The translations under genes and the position numbers were made by a program. This document shows, one piece after another, positions 54,501-63,524 of a DNA stretch of 64,000 nt. The stretch's first letter is position 1. Each line of letters starts with the position of its first letter. Origin of the DNA: an uncultured Gammaproteobacteria bacterium (lineage in GTDB: Bacteria > Patescibacteriota > Patescibacteriia > Patescibacteriales > UBA12465); contig CAYYDR010000002.1 of NCBI GenBank assembly GCA_964470695.1, positions 136,401 to 200,400 of the forward strand, in the 5' to 3' direction. Below the pieces are notes generated by a model. It was not told the DNA's origin and made no database searches. It worked only from the letters and a program-made list of their open reading frames with translations.

Positions 54501-57500
54501 GCTTATCCTTGCAGCCGTTTGGGGGCAACGTCGGGATTGGAACTACAACACCAGCCTATAAATTAGATGTGGTCGGTAGTATTAATTCGGGAGCTTTAGG
54601 AACTAATGGGTCAATTTATCTTAATAGTGCCGGTGATGGATTAGGTGGAGCTAGCCTTACTTATAGTAATACAAACAATACCCTGACTATTGGGCAGAAT
54701 AGAGGTTTGGCTTCTAGATTTTTAATGAGTAGTACGGCTGGGATTGAATTTCAGACTGAAGATAGTACTTCGCCTTACAACAAAGTTACTAGGATGATTG
54801 TTAGACATGGGGATGCTGGTAATGTCGGGATCGGAACAACTCTTCCAGATCAGACTCTACACGTTGCAAGTGCTGGAACAAGAGAGGGTTATTCAGCTTC
54901 TGCAGTTTTCAGCGATACAGCCGACAAAACAAAGGGTGTATTTGTTGGTTTTAATTCCACCTCAGATTATGGGCTTATTGCCGCTTCGGACCTGGGCACA
55001 TCTTGGAAGAATGTTATTATTCAACCGGTCGGAGGAAATGTCGGTATCGGAATAACAAATCCAACAGCACGTCTTGAAATAAAAGGAGTTGGCGGAACAA
55101 CCGGGAAGACATTCCGTCTAACCGATAACCCTGGCAATGAAATTTTTTCTGTTCAAGATGGAGGCGCAGTTGCTGTTAATTATGGTCCGTTTAGTGTCGG
55201 CACTAGCATGTTGTATGTTAATTATGCTTCTACTAACGTTGGTATTTCCAAGACTAACCCCGCCACAACTTTAGATATCGTTGGCAGTCTTAGCTCTACC
55301 GGAACTTTAAACGGAACTGGTCTTTGTATCTCTGGCGACTGTAAAGTTTCTTGGGCCGCGATTGGTTCGGCCAGTGCTGGTTGGAATAGAACGGCGCCTT
55401 ATGTTTATCCAGCGACTTTAACTGATAACGTCGGTATCGGAATAACTAATCCACAAGCGCCTTTAAATACTTATGCGGCGCCGACCGCGGGATTTGTAGA
55501 GCAGATTAGAGTAGGTGGGACAAGCAATTACCCTTCTTTGACTATGGGTACGTATGGTTCATATGGCGGTTATATTGCGACTTATGGCAATGAAATGTAT
55601 TTATATGCGGGTAATTGGCGAACGGTAGGTAATACAGCGACCGAAGACCATCGCATTTATTTCCATACTAGTAAAGCGGGTTCTACTAACTGGAGCACAC
55701 CTAAGATGACTTTGAATCAGGATGGTAATTTGGGGATTGGGACGACGGCACCAACAAAAACATTACACGTCGTTGGAGATGTGAGAGGTGGAACTTATTA
55801 CAATACAAATTCTGGAGATGGTTGGTTGTTAAACCAAGACTCAGGAACAAACAGAGGTTTGTATTATTACAACACTGCTGGAACTTGGGATTTCTTTGAA
55901 GGAGGAAGTTCAAAAGTAACAATCAGCAACACTGGTAATTTACAAATAGATGGAAAACTTTCAGTAGATGGATCTTCAAATAGTTACATCATGGGAAACG
56001 TCGGAATTGGTACAACCGCGCCTAAAACAATTTTACATACTGGTAAATTTACTGGCGGTTCTGGCGGCATTGATGAAGTTATGAGAGTAACGGGAGATTA
56101 TACGGCGTTAGGCAGTGGAGCATTATTAAGATTTACTAATCAACATGATTCTGGCACTAATCCAAACGCTGGAGAATATAATTTGGGTGGCATCGCCGGT
56201 GTGGATGATACTAATAGCTGGGGAGCTTCTTTAGCGTTTTATACGGCACCGTCAACAGCTAATGGTGGCAACTTAACCGAAAGAATGAGAATTAAATCCG
56301 ATGGCAACGTCGGCATTGCCAAAACTAATCCTGGTACGGTATTGGATGTTGTTGGCGGTGTTAACTCTACCGGTACTTTAAATGGCACTGGCCTTTGTAT
56401 CTCGGGTGACTGTAAAGTTTCTTGGGCAGCGGTCGGCGCGGCTTCTTCGGGCTGGAGCCAGAATGGTAATGAAGTATATAAGACAAATACAGCGGGGAAT
56501 GTGGGGATTGGGACGACTGCACCAACTCAGAAATTACATGTTGGTGGTAGTGGTGTGAATATTCAAATCGGCGATACTGGTGGTGGCGCATTATATTTCA
56601 ATAATACAAGCAATAATATTTCTTATAATGCAAATCAATTCCAATTCAATACTACTCAACCAGCTGGATTCACATTCAATGGAGGCAACGTCGGCATCGG
56701 AACAACCGCGCCAGCTTATAAATTAGATATACAGGGCTCAGCTTGGAATAATATCGCGCGCATTTATTCAACTGGAAGTTCCAGTGGCTTAGAGTTTTAT
56801 GATACTAACGGAACAAGACGGGGTGTCGCCTATAGTGATTCTAGCGGTTTCGGTTTGTTAAATAGTGCTACTAGTTGGGCGGTCAGAATACCTTATGGAA
56901 CTGGTAATGTTGCTATAGAGAACGGTAATTTAGGGGTCGGCGTTTCAAACCCGACGCAGAAGCTAGATGTTGTCGGAAATATAGAGCTTGGTGCCGCGGT
57001 TGGCACGACAAGATATATAGTAACAGATGAAACTAATACCGGAACCGGGAAAATTACTATGCAGGCTGGCGCTGGTTCAGCGGCTTTTGGCGGCGGTATT
57101 AATTTATATGCTCAGACACATGCTACTAACCCCGGCTGGGTGCAGGTTGGTATTGGTTCTGGGGCGGGAAGTGGAGCGACAGAGGGAAGATTCTCTGTTA
57201 ATAATCAGGGTCTCGGAGGGGGGACTGATATTTTCACGGTTCTAAGATCTGGTAACGTTGGTATTGCTAAAACTAATCCGGGAACGGTATTGGATGTTGT
57301 CGGCGGCGTAAATGCGTCGGGTACTCTTAACGGCACTGGTCTTTGTATCTCGGGTGACTGTAAAGTTTCTTGGGCAGCGGTCGGCGCGGCTTCTTCAGGT
57401 TGGACTCAGAATGGTAATGAAGTTTATAAGACGAGTACAAGCGGAAACGTCGGTATTGGTGTAACTAATCCGGCTAATACTTTGCAAGTTGGCTCTGTCG

Positions 57501-60500
57501 GAGCGACTGGCTATGGCGGAAATGAGTTTGTAGTAGGGGATGGAACTAATGTATTTGCTCTTGATGTCTCAGCTGGCCGAACTAATTTTTATACAAACGG
57601 TAACTATACTTTTGTTCCATCCGGCGGCAACGGAAACGTCGGTATTGGTATTACTAATCCTTCCGCCACTTTACATGTTAATGGCCCGACTAGAGCGAAT
57701 AATAGGATTGATTATTATTCCGCGACTACTCCTGGCACTACATTAGCCGGGCAAATCGGTTCTAATGATGATATTGGTTTAACCGGCGGCGGGACAGCTA
57801 ATTCTTTGGCGGTGAAAGTTCAAGGCACTTTTGCTTTGTCTACAAATAATAGTGCTACGCCGAGTTTGCTGGTTAATACATCTAATAACGTCGGAATTGG
57901 GACCACTAATCCCATCGCTAAGTTAGATGTCTCCGGATATGTTAAGAGTAAAACCGGTTATTTAGATAAGAACATGTTAGATACGACTGTCTGGAACATT
58001 GCTACTGGTAGTATAGGAGGCTTTGGCGCCAATGGTTCTGCGGCTGAGAATGAAAGAGCCTGGGATGCTGATCCATTTGGAAGACCGGCCACGATTTGGC
58101 GTTCAGTTAATGATGCTGCTAGCGATGGGGATGGTGGTTGGGATTATGGAAATATTCCAGTTGATCCTAATAAGGCTTATCGTTCATCAGTCTGGATTAA
58201 GAAAGATAATACGGGCAGTGGCTCAGTTTATTTGGGCTGTAGTGGTAGTAATACTTTAAATTTAAATGGTACAGCTAACACCAACCCCTATTTCTTCTCC
58301 TTCGGCTCAAGCAATTTAATTTCCGGTCGCTGGTATTTATTGGTTGGATATATTCATGCTAATAACGATGCTAGTACTGGCAGTTATTCAGCCGTTTATG
58401 ACGGCGTGACTGGGAAGAAGGTATTAACCGGCACCGATTTCAAGAATTCTACTGGCAACACACAAGTTCATAGAACATATAATTACTATGATGTTAATGT
58501 CGGTTCAGTTCAGACTTTCTGGGGCCCGAGATTTGAAGAGATTGATGGTAATGAGCCAACTATTGAGGCTTTGTTAGGCAGCTATCAAGCGTCAACTAGA
58601 GACGGGGTTGCTTATTTCGGCGGCAATGTTGGTATTGCCAAAACTAATCCGGGAACTAATTTTGATGTAGTCGGCGGTATAAGCGCTAGCGGTACAGTTA
58701 ACGGCACCGGTCTTTGTATAGGCGGCGATTGTAAAGCTTCTTGGGCGGCGATTGGTTCGGCCAGCGCTGGTTGGAATAGAACGGCCCCTTACATTTACCC
58801 AGCAACTTTGACGGATAATGTGGGTATCGGGGTGACAAATCCGAGTGCTAAATTAGAAATAGCTTCTGGCTCTACTTATGCTATCAATATAACCGGAGCC
58901 GGCTTAAATCAGGGCGCTCCAGCTGGTAATTACGATCATATAATAACCCCTCGAGTGAGAATTGGTTACATGAATGGAACTAACATCGGCACCATTGCCT
59001 CTAATGCGGCTGACTCTGGATTATCTTTTATTACTCATTCCGCCGGGACTGGTTGGGTTGAAAATTTAAGAATACAACCTAATGGTAATGTTGGTATTGG
59101 AATAACTGCTCCGGTTGCTAAGTTGCACCTTGAAACTAGCGGGGGAATTACTTTGCCGGCTTTAGATGGATCTATTAGGGCTATAGTTGAGGATGCAACT
59201 CAGGCTTCTATATTAGTTGCAGCCGCTAATAACAGCAATATTTTATTCGGTGATGCCGGGTCTTCTGTTATTGGCAGAATAACTTATGATCATACAAATG
59301 ACTCTATGCAGTTATGGGGAGCAGGCGCGGAAAGATTAAGAATAGATTCGGCTGGTAAGATTGGGATAGGGACAACGGCGCCAGTAGCAAGACTAGACGC
59401 CAGATACACGTCTTATAACATGGCAAACTATCCGTTGTTTGTAGGTAACACTGCTTATTCATATGCTCATGTTAATTATGATACGGCCGTGATTCAACAG
59501 GATGATGTTACTACTTTAAGAATGGTTGAATATAATAATGGTGGGACTAATCAAGAGTTAGGCTTTGAAGTCGGTGATGGCTACAGTAACATTACTAGCT
59601 CTGTCCCATTACGTTTCTACGGCGGAGCGAATCCAGGAGCGACTATTTATAGCGGCGCGGCTGGTACTTTAGCTATGGCTATAAATGTTGGCAACGTCGG
59701 TATTGGAAAGACAAACCCAGGGACTACTTTAGATGTTGTTGGCGGAGTTAATTCATCGGGCACTGTAAATGGTACGGGGTTATGTATTAGCGGTGATTGT
59801 AAAGTTTCTTGGGCGGCAATTGGTGCGGCTGGCTCTGGTTGGAGTCAGAATGGCACGACTTTATATAAGACTGATACGGCCGGGAATGTTGGAATAGGGA
59901 CGACGGCGCCAGGGGAGAAACTAGATGTTCGGGGAAATATTTTGTCTAAGGCAGCCGCTAGCGGTAATACTTGGGGGGTGTATTTGAGATCACATGCAGA
60001 CTCTTTAGTAGGAAAATTTGAGATTGCTGGGTCAGAAACTAGCCACAACGGAACTTTAGGACTGGTTTCAAATAATAGTTTGGATATTGTGACTGGGAAT
60101 GTATCTAGAATACATATTAATGAAACTAGTCCTGGCAATGGCAACGTCGGTATCGGCGTAGCTAATCCTCAGGCCTTATTGCATGTTGCTGGAGAAATGG
60201 TTGTTAATTCTGGCAATTGGTACACTGGTCGTAATGCGGGCGGCACTAATCAGCCTTTAGTTAGAAGTAGAGGGGCAGGATATCAACAGACCAGTTATCC
60301 TGGAATTCAGCTTGGCCAGACTGGAGATCATATTGCGATGTTTATTGATCCGGTTTCAGTTGTTGGCGGGTCGTTTAATGGAAATTTAAATGAAATATTT
60401 TTGCCTAATAATGTTAGATTCTTGCAGGCCGACAGTGCGGGGACTAATTGGCTATATAGTGGGGGAGGTACTTTAGTTTTAGATAATGGCAATGTCGGTG

Positions 60501-62113
60501 TGGCTAAGAGTAACCCAGCTACTAATCTAGATGTTGTCGGTGGAATAAATTCAACTGGCACAGTTAATGGCACCGGTCTTTGTATCTCTGGTGACTGCAA
60601 AGCTTCTTGGGCAGCGGTTGGTTCAGCGAGCGCCGGTTGGAATAGAACCGCTCCTTATGTTTACCCAGCGACTTTAACGGATAATGTGGGAATCGGAGTG
60701 ACAAATCCAGGCAACAGGCTTGATGTTTATAATGATTCCGCGACTTATAATCCAACTAGTTACAATGTTGCTGGAATGACTTTAAGAACCGCAGCTGCCG
60801 CCGGAGATTTTTCAGGCATAAGATTTACGGCAGCTGGAGCGAGAGAATCATTCTTCGGCGTCGTCGAAGGGGCGGCGTCCAATAAAAGTAATTTTGTTTT
60901 TCAGGGTTATGACGGAACCTCTCTCTCCTATAAAGAGTTTATGCGTATAAATGATACCGGCAACGTCGGGATTGGAACAACGAACCCATTGGCTAAGTTA
61001 AATTTAGTTGGAGAGACAGCCTTTACTTATCCGACTATGGGGACAGGGGCCGGTGTTATTCATCTTAATGCCCCGACCGTTAATGATAATACTGCGGCTA
61101 TAACTTTTGGTGGAGTAGGCACTACAAATTTAGGACAAGCTGGTATATATGTTCAGAGTTCAGGCTCCTATGGGACTAGAATGCATTTTGGAACCACTGG
61201 GTCATATGCGACAGGGGCATCTGCTAGAATGACAATTGATTGGACCGGCAACGTCGGTATCGCTAAAACTAACCCCGGAGCTACTTTAGATATTGTCGGC
61301 GGTCTTAACGCCTCTGGTACAGTTAATGGCACGGGGCTTTGTATCGGCGGTGATTGCAAAACTTCTTGGAGCGCTTTGGGAGCCGCTTCTTCCGGCTGGA
61401 CGCAGAATGGTAATGAGGTTTATAAGACTAATACAGCGGGAAATGTGGGGATAGGGACGACAAATCCGACAGCAAAATTAAATGTAGAAGGCATGGCTAG
61501 AATTACAAATGGTCATTTAGATGTTAATACAGATAATTATGGAGTATATTTTGGTAATGGTGATGCCTTAATAAGGGAGCAAGCTTATAATTTGAAATTT
61601 GAAAATTATAACGGTTCGGCCATGATTGAAAATATGCGTATAACCGGTACTGGCAACGTCGGTATCAGCATCACTAACCCTTCTCAAAAATTAGAAGTAA
61701 GTGGCAATATTAAGAAAAATAGCAAAGTCTGGGGCTCTAAATCCGTCCAGGTTACTACTTCTTGGACAACAGTCTTAACTTTATCTTTACCAACTAGCCA
61801 TACTAGTGCTAATGTCAGTCTTAATTATGGCGGTTCTGATTGGTGTGGGCATAGTGCCGCTCCTAATTATCAGGCTAAATATATAGTTCGTAACGGTGCA
61901 GGTGGCTATGGTGATCCAGGTTCTATTATTTCCGAGTTTAATGATATGGGTACCCAGAATGATTACTTCCAGAGTCAAATAGTTAATGCTGGTAGCGGCG
62001 TCTTTAATATTCAAATCAAGATTAATGACGGCGGCGATGGTTTCCCATGCGGCTCTGCTCCAGCCCTGCCGTTAGAGTATGATGTTGATGGTAATTACGC
62101 GAGTGTAAGCTAG
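48554..62113 (+). CDS. Giant secreted modular fibre/adhesin-like protein (4519 aa), paralog of 24595..32739, with 12 Cys-x4-Cys junctions
   Basis: Continuous 13.56-kb ORF. The N-terminus is paralogous to giant 1 (MSLFPSRK..., ...EEWNNLFRDFVNTWLPVSLNGPVGIATP). Junction Cys codons are at 50210, 51242, 52211, 53162, 54209, 55325, 56396, 57344, 58715, 59783, 60581 and 61340. Confidence 0.9.
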   Translation: MSLFPSRKSKFYLAVLVLSGGFLFSLSAVKPAQALYSTSTYQKLYSEVLTAEEWNNLFRDFVNTWLPVSLNGPVGIATPAPVAGLSVNGPILATGNVGIGSTNPTAKLDVIPSSGNYALLAGSYKIGNVALPLIASDAATKGYVDSLLGAGSLPTATIGQTMRYDGASWISNSLLYNNGTNIGIGITNPSAKLEIAPASGNYALLAGSYKIGNVALPTVDADAATKGYVDSFVNSSIATATGSIAVLWGGTTGGNVWSLNSGNVGVGTATPGSKLSIYNNGPDFNIPVQIQPSANTKESALGFIPAGAVSGANTTWTIGRAYNANRFSIRTWDGTTDAERLVMNSSGNIGIGTTGPGRLFDVNGMSRFRDSLYFGAADDKGLISWGGSPEGLVVRGSTAKALYLGSNNTNQVTIDTAGNVGVGTTNPVIQLDVSSGSNFKQLALRNTYGSQVMWAGSVADTVGSFIANNAYYTSSYWFKPNYSAASGINFRSDGGTEFFNDTGLTSGTDYLPTKRMTILSNGNIGVAKASPSATLDVTGSISSSGTVNGTGLCISGDCKVSWPSIVSAGGGNLWSGTTTSAIWNGNGTNNVGIGTTAPTKKLEIQGGTATSGANNFALKLKGTYGGTDWTGILFGATHSDSYNKGGIIFRATDGSNLRGQLQFLLNDVADSATGVTANTDAKMVVDYGGNVGIGTTAPGSKFQIQGGALQINNASSNGGAVIKLLGSNTNKNWMISNQQNFAGLEITPSTAAGGSTFTTPVLLINDSGNVGIGTTTPVAKLDVVGAIRSSDSSIWTLNLGTNTVGGNIAGQIKATYSPSYGYTGKLSFNVLTNGVGTDYGPTEEMYLEVLGADTKVGKLVILPFGGNVGIGKTNPSTVLDVVGGISSTGTVNGTGLCISGDCKVSWAAVGSASAGWNRTAPYIYPATLTDNVGIGITNPAADLVIQNTGANNTQLWLQNTGTGITEIGFDAANGDFAGSDYMSLGQTDALDGYIKMFANAGRFHIDTGSAERLTILQNGNVGIGTAGPDTSLNVFGTVGSGVLSPQEDLLHVGGNELGGIGGYAGIRIGGTSDSRYYNYIRSVKTTSYGNYWNSDLAFGVTRTGTANTFDEVLRVTSGSNVGVGTTAPSATLHVQNGGGGQVFRVTNAAGSFGFGVDTLGGYAQASGGGGGMWFYNSAGSGYIGVNGAGNIGIAKTNPTTTLDIVGSLSSTGTLNGTGLCISGDCKVSWAAVGSASAGWNRTAPYVYPATLTDNVGIGITNPTRKLEISGGASYPLEVYSSQRYLIGLRNTADTGGGWWFGDEATGDFFLHENGVGDRVTVQNATGNVGVGTTNPNFKLTVSGVTGSSQYYADSTNVETVSGTYTPTKMVYAFNEGRGLGYNAADDRIFFAMNEGIPMVIDNGGTVGIGTTTPTYGKLQISGGNIVVNRPLNKVDNANVSELPAFEINNAFAAGQAGYVRVYYPTYNNLLFGADYDGNIGGAQPNIQFGRVSTPYLTIVNNGASLGNVGIAKTNPGAALDIVGSLSSTGTLNGTGLCISGDCKVSWAAIGAASSGWSQNGNEVYKTATAGNVGIGTTAPASKLSVYDSGSAQSAFEVSDTSNYRLLINTGGNDGLDFYNGASLRFNADAGGLNMWSGYALTGINDYLVLKDHSSRSYGIDIQTYDGASYTSKLRVMNSGNVGMGITAPTAPLHIVDTGGATTTPNTALILDYESDTTSMAGGGTAIEFRGKSSGGNLANYQQARIRSVSYDSNNSHGIAFDYKPNAATALTEAMRINNGGLVGIGLTNPGYTLDVNGTLNVAGANPIRMNGWWFANYDSTTGGANGTFKFGPSQDIDANFVNGGASRLYIDASTGNVGIAKTNPGATLDVVGSINSTGTVNGTGLCIGGDCKASWAAVGAGSSGWSQNVNEVYKTNTAGNVGVGTTAPGAKLNLIGPNAAPNIGNESLRIEGTGTSDWLNFGVDGTNRVGWIRAVRNGTGENSLSLQPFGGNVGIGTTTPAYKLDVVGSINSGALGTNGSIYLNSAGDGLGGASLTYSNTNNTLTIGQNRGLASRFLMSSTAGIEFQTEDSTSPYNKVTRMIVRHGDAGNVGIGTTLPDQTLHVASAGTREGYSASAVFSDTADKTKGVFVGFNSTSDYGLIAASDLGTSWKNVIIQPVGGNVGIGITNPTARLEIKGVGGTTGKTFRLTDNPGNEIFSVQDGGAVAVNYGPFSVGTSMLYVNYASTNVGISKTNPATTLDIVGSLSSTGTLNGTGLCISGDCKVSWAAIGSASAGWNRTAPYVYPATLTDNVGIGITNPQAPLNTYAAPTAGFVEQIRVGGTSNYPSLTMGTYGSYGGYIATYGNEMYLYAGNWRTVGNTATEDHRIYFHTSKAGSTNWSTPKMTLNQDGNLGIGTTAPTKTLHVVGDVRGGTYYNTNSGDGWLLNQDSGTNRGLYYYNTAGTWDFFEGGSSKVTISNTGNLQIDGKLSVDGSSNSYIMGNVGIGTTAPKTILHTGKFTGGSGGIDEVMRVTGDYTALGSGALLRFTNQHDSGTNPNAGEYNLGGIAGVDDTNSWGASLAFYTAPSTANGGNLTERMRIKSDGNVGIAKTNPGTVLDVVGGVNSTGTLNGTGLCISGDCKVSWAAVGAASSGWSQNGNEVYKTNTAGNVGIGTTAPTQKLHVGGSGVNIQIGDTGGGALYFNNTSNNISYNANQFQFNTTQPAGFTFNGGNVGIGTTAPAYKLDIQGSAWNNIARIYSTGSSSGLEFYDTNGTRRGVAYSDSSGFGLLNSATSWAVRIPYGTGNVAIENGNLGVGVSNPTQKLDVVGNIELGAAVGTTRYIVTDETNTGTGKITMQAGAGSAAFGGGINLYAQTHATNPGWVQVGIGSGAGSGATEGRFSVNNQGLGGGTDIFTVLRSGNVGIAKTNPGTVLDVVGGVNASGTLNGTGLCISGDCKVSWAAVGAASSGWTQNGNEVYKTSTSGNVGIGVTNPANTLQVGSVGATGYGGNEFVVGDGTNVFALDVSAGRTNFYTNGNYTFVPSGGNGNVGIGITNPSATLHVNGPTRANNRIDYYSATTPGTTLAGQIGSNDDIGLTGGGTANSLAVKVQGTFALSTNNSATPSLLVNTSNNVGIGTTNPIAKLDVSGYVKSKTGYLDKNMLDTTVWNIATGSIGGFGANGSAAENERAWDADPFGRPATIWRSVNDAASDGDGGWDYGNIPVDPNKAYRSSVWIKKDNTGSGSVYLGCSGSNTLNLNGTANTNPYFFSFGSSNLISGRWYLLVGYIHANNDASTGSYSAVYDGVTGKKVLTGTDFKNSTGNTQVHRTYNYYDVNVGSVQTFWGPRFEEIDGNEPTIEALLGSYQASTRDGVAYFGGNVGIAKTNPGTNFDVVGGISASGTVNGTGLCIGGDCKASWAAIGSASAGWNRTAPYIYPATLTDNVGIGVTNPSAKLEIASGSTYAINITGAGLNQGAPAGNYDHIITPRVRIGYMNGTNIGTIASNAADSGLSFITHSAGTGWVENLRIQPNGNVGIGITAPVAKLHLETSGGITLPALDGSIRAIVEDATQASILVAAANNSNILFGDAGSSVIGRITYDHTNDSMQLWGAGAERLRIDSAGKIGIGTTAPVARLDARYTSYNMANYPLFVGNTAYSYAHVNYDTAVIQQDDVTTLRMVEYNNGGTNQELGFEVGDGYSNITSSVPLRFYGGANPGATIYSGAAGTLAMAINVGNVGIGKTNPGTTLDVVGGVNSSGTVNGTGLCISGDCKVSWAAIGAAGSGWSQNGTTLYKTDTAGNVGIGTTAPGEKLDVRGNILSKAAASGNTWGVYLRSHADSLVGKFEIAGSETSHNGTLGLVSNNSLDIVTGNVSRIHINETSPGNGNVGIGVANPQALLHVAGEMVVNSGNWYTGRNAGGTNQPLVRSRGAGYQQTSYPGIQLGQTGDHIAMFIDPVSVVGGSFNGNLNEIFLPNNVRFLQADSAGTNWLYSGGGTLVLDNGNVGVAKSNPATNLDVVGGINSTGTVNGTGLCISGDCKASWAAVGSASAGWNRTAPYVYPATLTDNVGIGVTNPGNRLDVYNDSATYNPTSYNVAGMTLRTAAAAGDFSGIRFTAAGARESFFGVVEGAASNKSNFVFQGYDGTSLSYKEFMRINDTGNVGIGTTNPLAKLNLVGETAFTYPTMGTGAGVIHLNAPTVNDNTAAITFGGVGTTNLGQAGIYVQSSGSYGTRMHFGTTGSYATGASARMTIDWTGNVGIAKTNPGATLDIVGGLNASGTVNGTGLCIGGDCKTSWSALGAASSGWTQNGNEVYKTNTAGNVGIGTTNPTAKLNVEGMARITNGHLDVNTDNYGVYFGNGDALIREQAYNLKFENYNGSAMIENMRITGTGNVGISITNPSQKLEVSGNIKKNSKVWGSKSVQVTTSWTTVLTLSLPTSHTSANVSLNYGGSDWCGHSAAPNYQAKYIVRNGAGGYGDPGSIISEFNDMGTQNDYFQSQIVNAGSGVFNIQIKINDGGDGFPCGSAPALPLEYDVDGNYASVS

Positions 62114-62118
62114 TTTTT

Positions 62119-63483
62119 ATGTCAGATAAATATTCCAATCCTATTTTAATTGCGATGATCTCTTTAGTGGTCTTATTTTTCGGTATTTTTTTGGCAGACG
62201 CGGCAACGACTAATATTTGGTGGGGCAATATCGGTATTGGGAAAATTCCAGTTTCTAATTTAGATGTTATCGGTGGGACTAGTTTTACGGGCGTAATTAA
62301 CAGTACTTCTCTCTGTATTGCCGGTGATTGTAAAACAAGTTGGTCACAAGTTTCGGGTGGCGGCATACCAACTGGCACTAGCGGTCAGACTTTAAGAAGC
62401 AACGGAACTGCTTGGGTTGCTAGCTCTTTGCTATATAACAATGGCACTAATATCGGAATTAACACGACTAACCCCCAGGCTATTTTAGATATTTTTGCGA
62501 CCTCTACCTCTTCTTCTGTCCCAGCCCCGCCGACTTCCCAGACTTATAATAATAGTTCTGTCGGCTATACCGGAACGCAATATACCTGGACCGTTCCGAC
62601 CACGGCGACTTATACGATTGATGCTTATGGAGCCGAGGGCGGTCGGTCAACTGGTTCTAGCAATATGGGCGGTAAAGGGGCGCGCATGAAAGGTGACTTT
62701 ACTTTAAACGCCGGAGAAGTTATTAAAATTTTAGTTGGCCAAAAGGGGAGCGATTATAGCAATGATGGTTGTGGCGGTGGCGGAACATATGTTGTTAAGC
62801 AAAGCGGTAATGTGCCTATTTTAGTAGCGGGCGGCGGCGGCGGAGCTTCAACTAACGCTACTTACGGAGCCGGCATGGACGGAGTTACTTCAACTACTGG
62901 TTCTTATGATAGGGCAAATTCCTGCACTCCTGGTAGTAGTGGAAATGGCGGGCAAGCTTGTGGTAATTCGGCTTCTGGAGCGGGATTTTCTGGTAATGGT
63001 CAGGGAGGATCTCATGGCAATCACATGCCTTACTCTTATCTTAATGGCGGTAACGGCGGCATGGGCGCTTATTATGGCTCTTATTATGGCGGTTATGGCG
63101 GCGGCGGTGCGACTCATGGCGGCGGCTGGGGCGGCGGCGGTGGTGGTGGATATTCGGGCGGCGCGGGAGCGAGTTCTTCGGATCGCGGTGCGGGTGGTGG
63201 TGGTTCTTATAATATTGGGACTAATCAGACTAATTCGGCTGGTTATAATTCCGGGCAGGGCAAGGTTATTATTTATACGCCTGGAGTCGGCACTATTTTA
63301 ATAACAACCCATGGCCAAGCGGCTATTTTTAATGGTTATGTAAATTTAAATGGCGCTTTGAAAGTCGGTGATCCGGGCGCGGATTGTACTTCTCAACTTG
63401 AAGGCATGATTAAATATTCTAGTTCTACTAAGAGTTTTCTGGGTTGTGATGGCGTGGGTTGGCAAAATTTTATCGCCCAGTAG
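62119..63483 (+). CDS. Membrane-anchored protein: fibre junction motif fused to a glycine-rich domain (ALK/LTK-type GRD-like)
   Basis: N-terminal TM, then WWGNIGIGKIPVSNLDVIGGTSFTGVINSTSLCIAGDCKTSW, then YTWTVPTTATYTIDAYGAEGGRS...GGKGARMKGDFTLNAGEVIKILVGQKGS...GGGGTYVV...PILVAGGGGGAS and poly-Gly tracts. The start is 5 nt after the giant 2 stop. Confidence 0.8.
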   Translation: MSDKYSNPILIAMISLVVLFFGIFLADAATTNIWWGNIGIGKIPVSNLDVIGGTSFTGVINSTSLCIAGDCKTSWSQVSGGGIPTGTSGQTLRSNGTAWVASSLLYNNGTNIGINTTNPQAILDIFATSTSSSVPAPPTSQTYNNSSVGYTGTQYTWTVPTTATYTIDAYGAEGGRSTGSSNMGGKGARMKGDFTLNAGEVIKILVGQKGSDYSNDGCGGGGTYVVKQSGNVPILVAGGGGGASTNATYGAGMDGVTSTTGSYDRANSCTPGSSGNGGQACGNSASGAGFSGNGQGGSHGNHMPYSYLNGGNGGMGAYYGSYYGGYGGGGATHGGGWGGGGGGGYSGGAGASSSDRGAGGGGSYNIGTNQTNSAGYNSGQGKVIIYTPGVGTILITTHGQAAIFNGYVNLNGALKVGDPGADCTSQLEGMIKYSSSTKSFLGCDGVGWQNFIAQ

Positions 63484-63524
63484 TTTTATTTATCGCCCAG
63501 TGGTTTTAAATACCCAAATTACAT

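Noticed and set aside
24960-61380. Regularly spaced, highly conserved ~45-nt cores separated by variable sequence, superficially like a CRISPR array.
   Set aside because: The spacing is ~0.8-1.4 kb rather than 30-40 bp. The repeats are in frame within long ORFs and encode a conserved peptide, and no cas genes are present.
49137-62378. Many short ORFs on both strands inside giant gene 2 and across its 3' end, for example 50080..50283(-), 60328..60600(-) and 62022..62378(-).
   Set aside because: Same reason: these are shadow ORFs of a 13.6-kb coding repeat array, and the recurring QSPEIQRPVPLTVPE peptides are antisense junctions.
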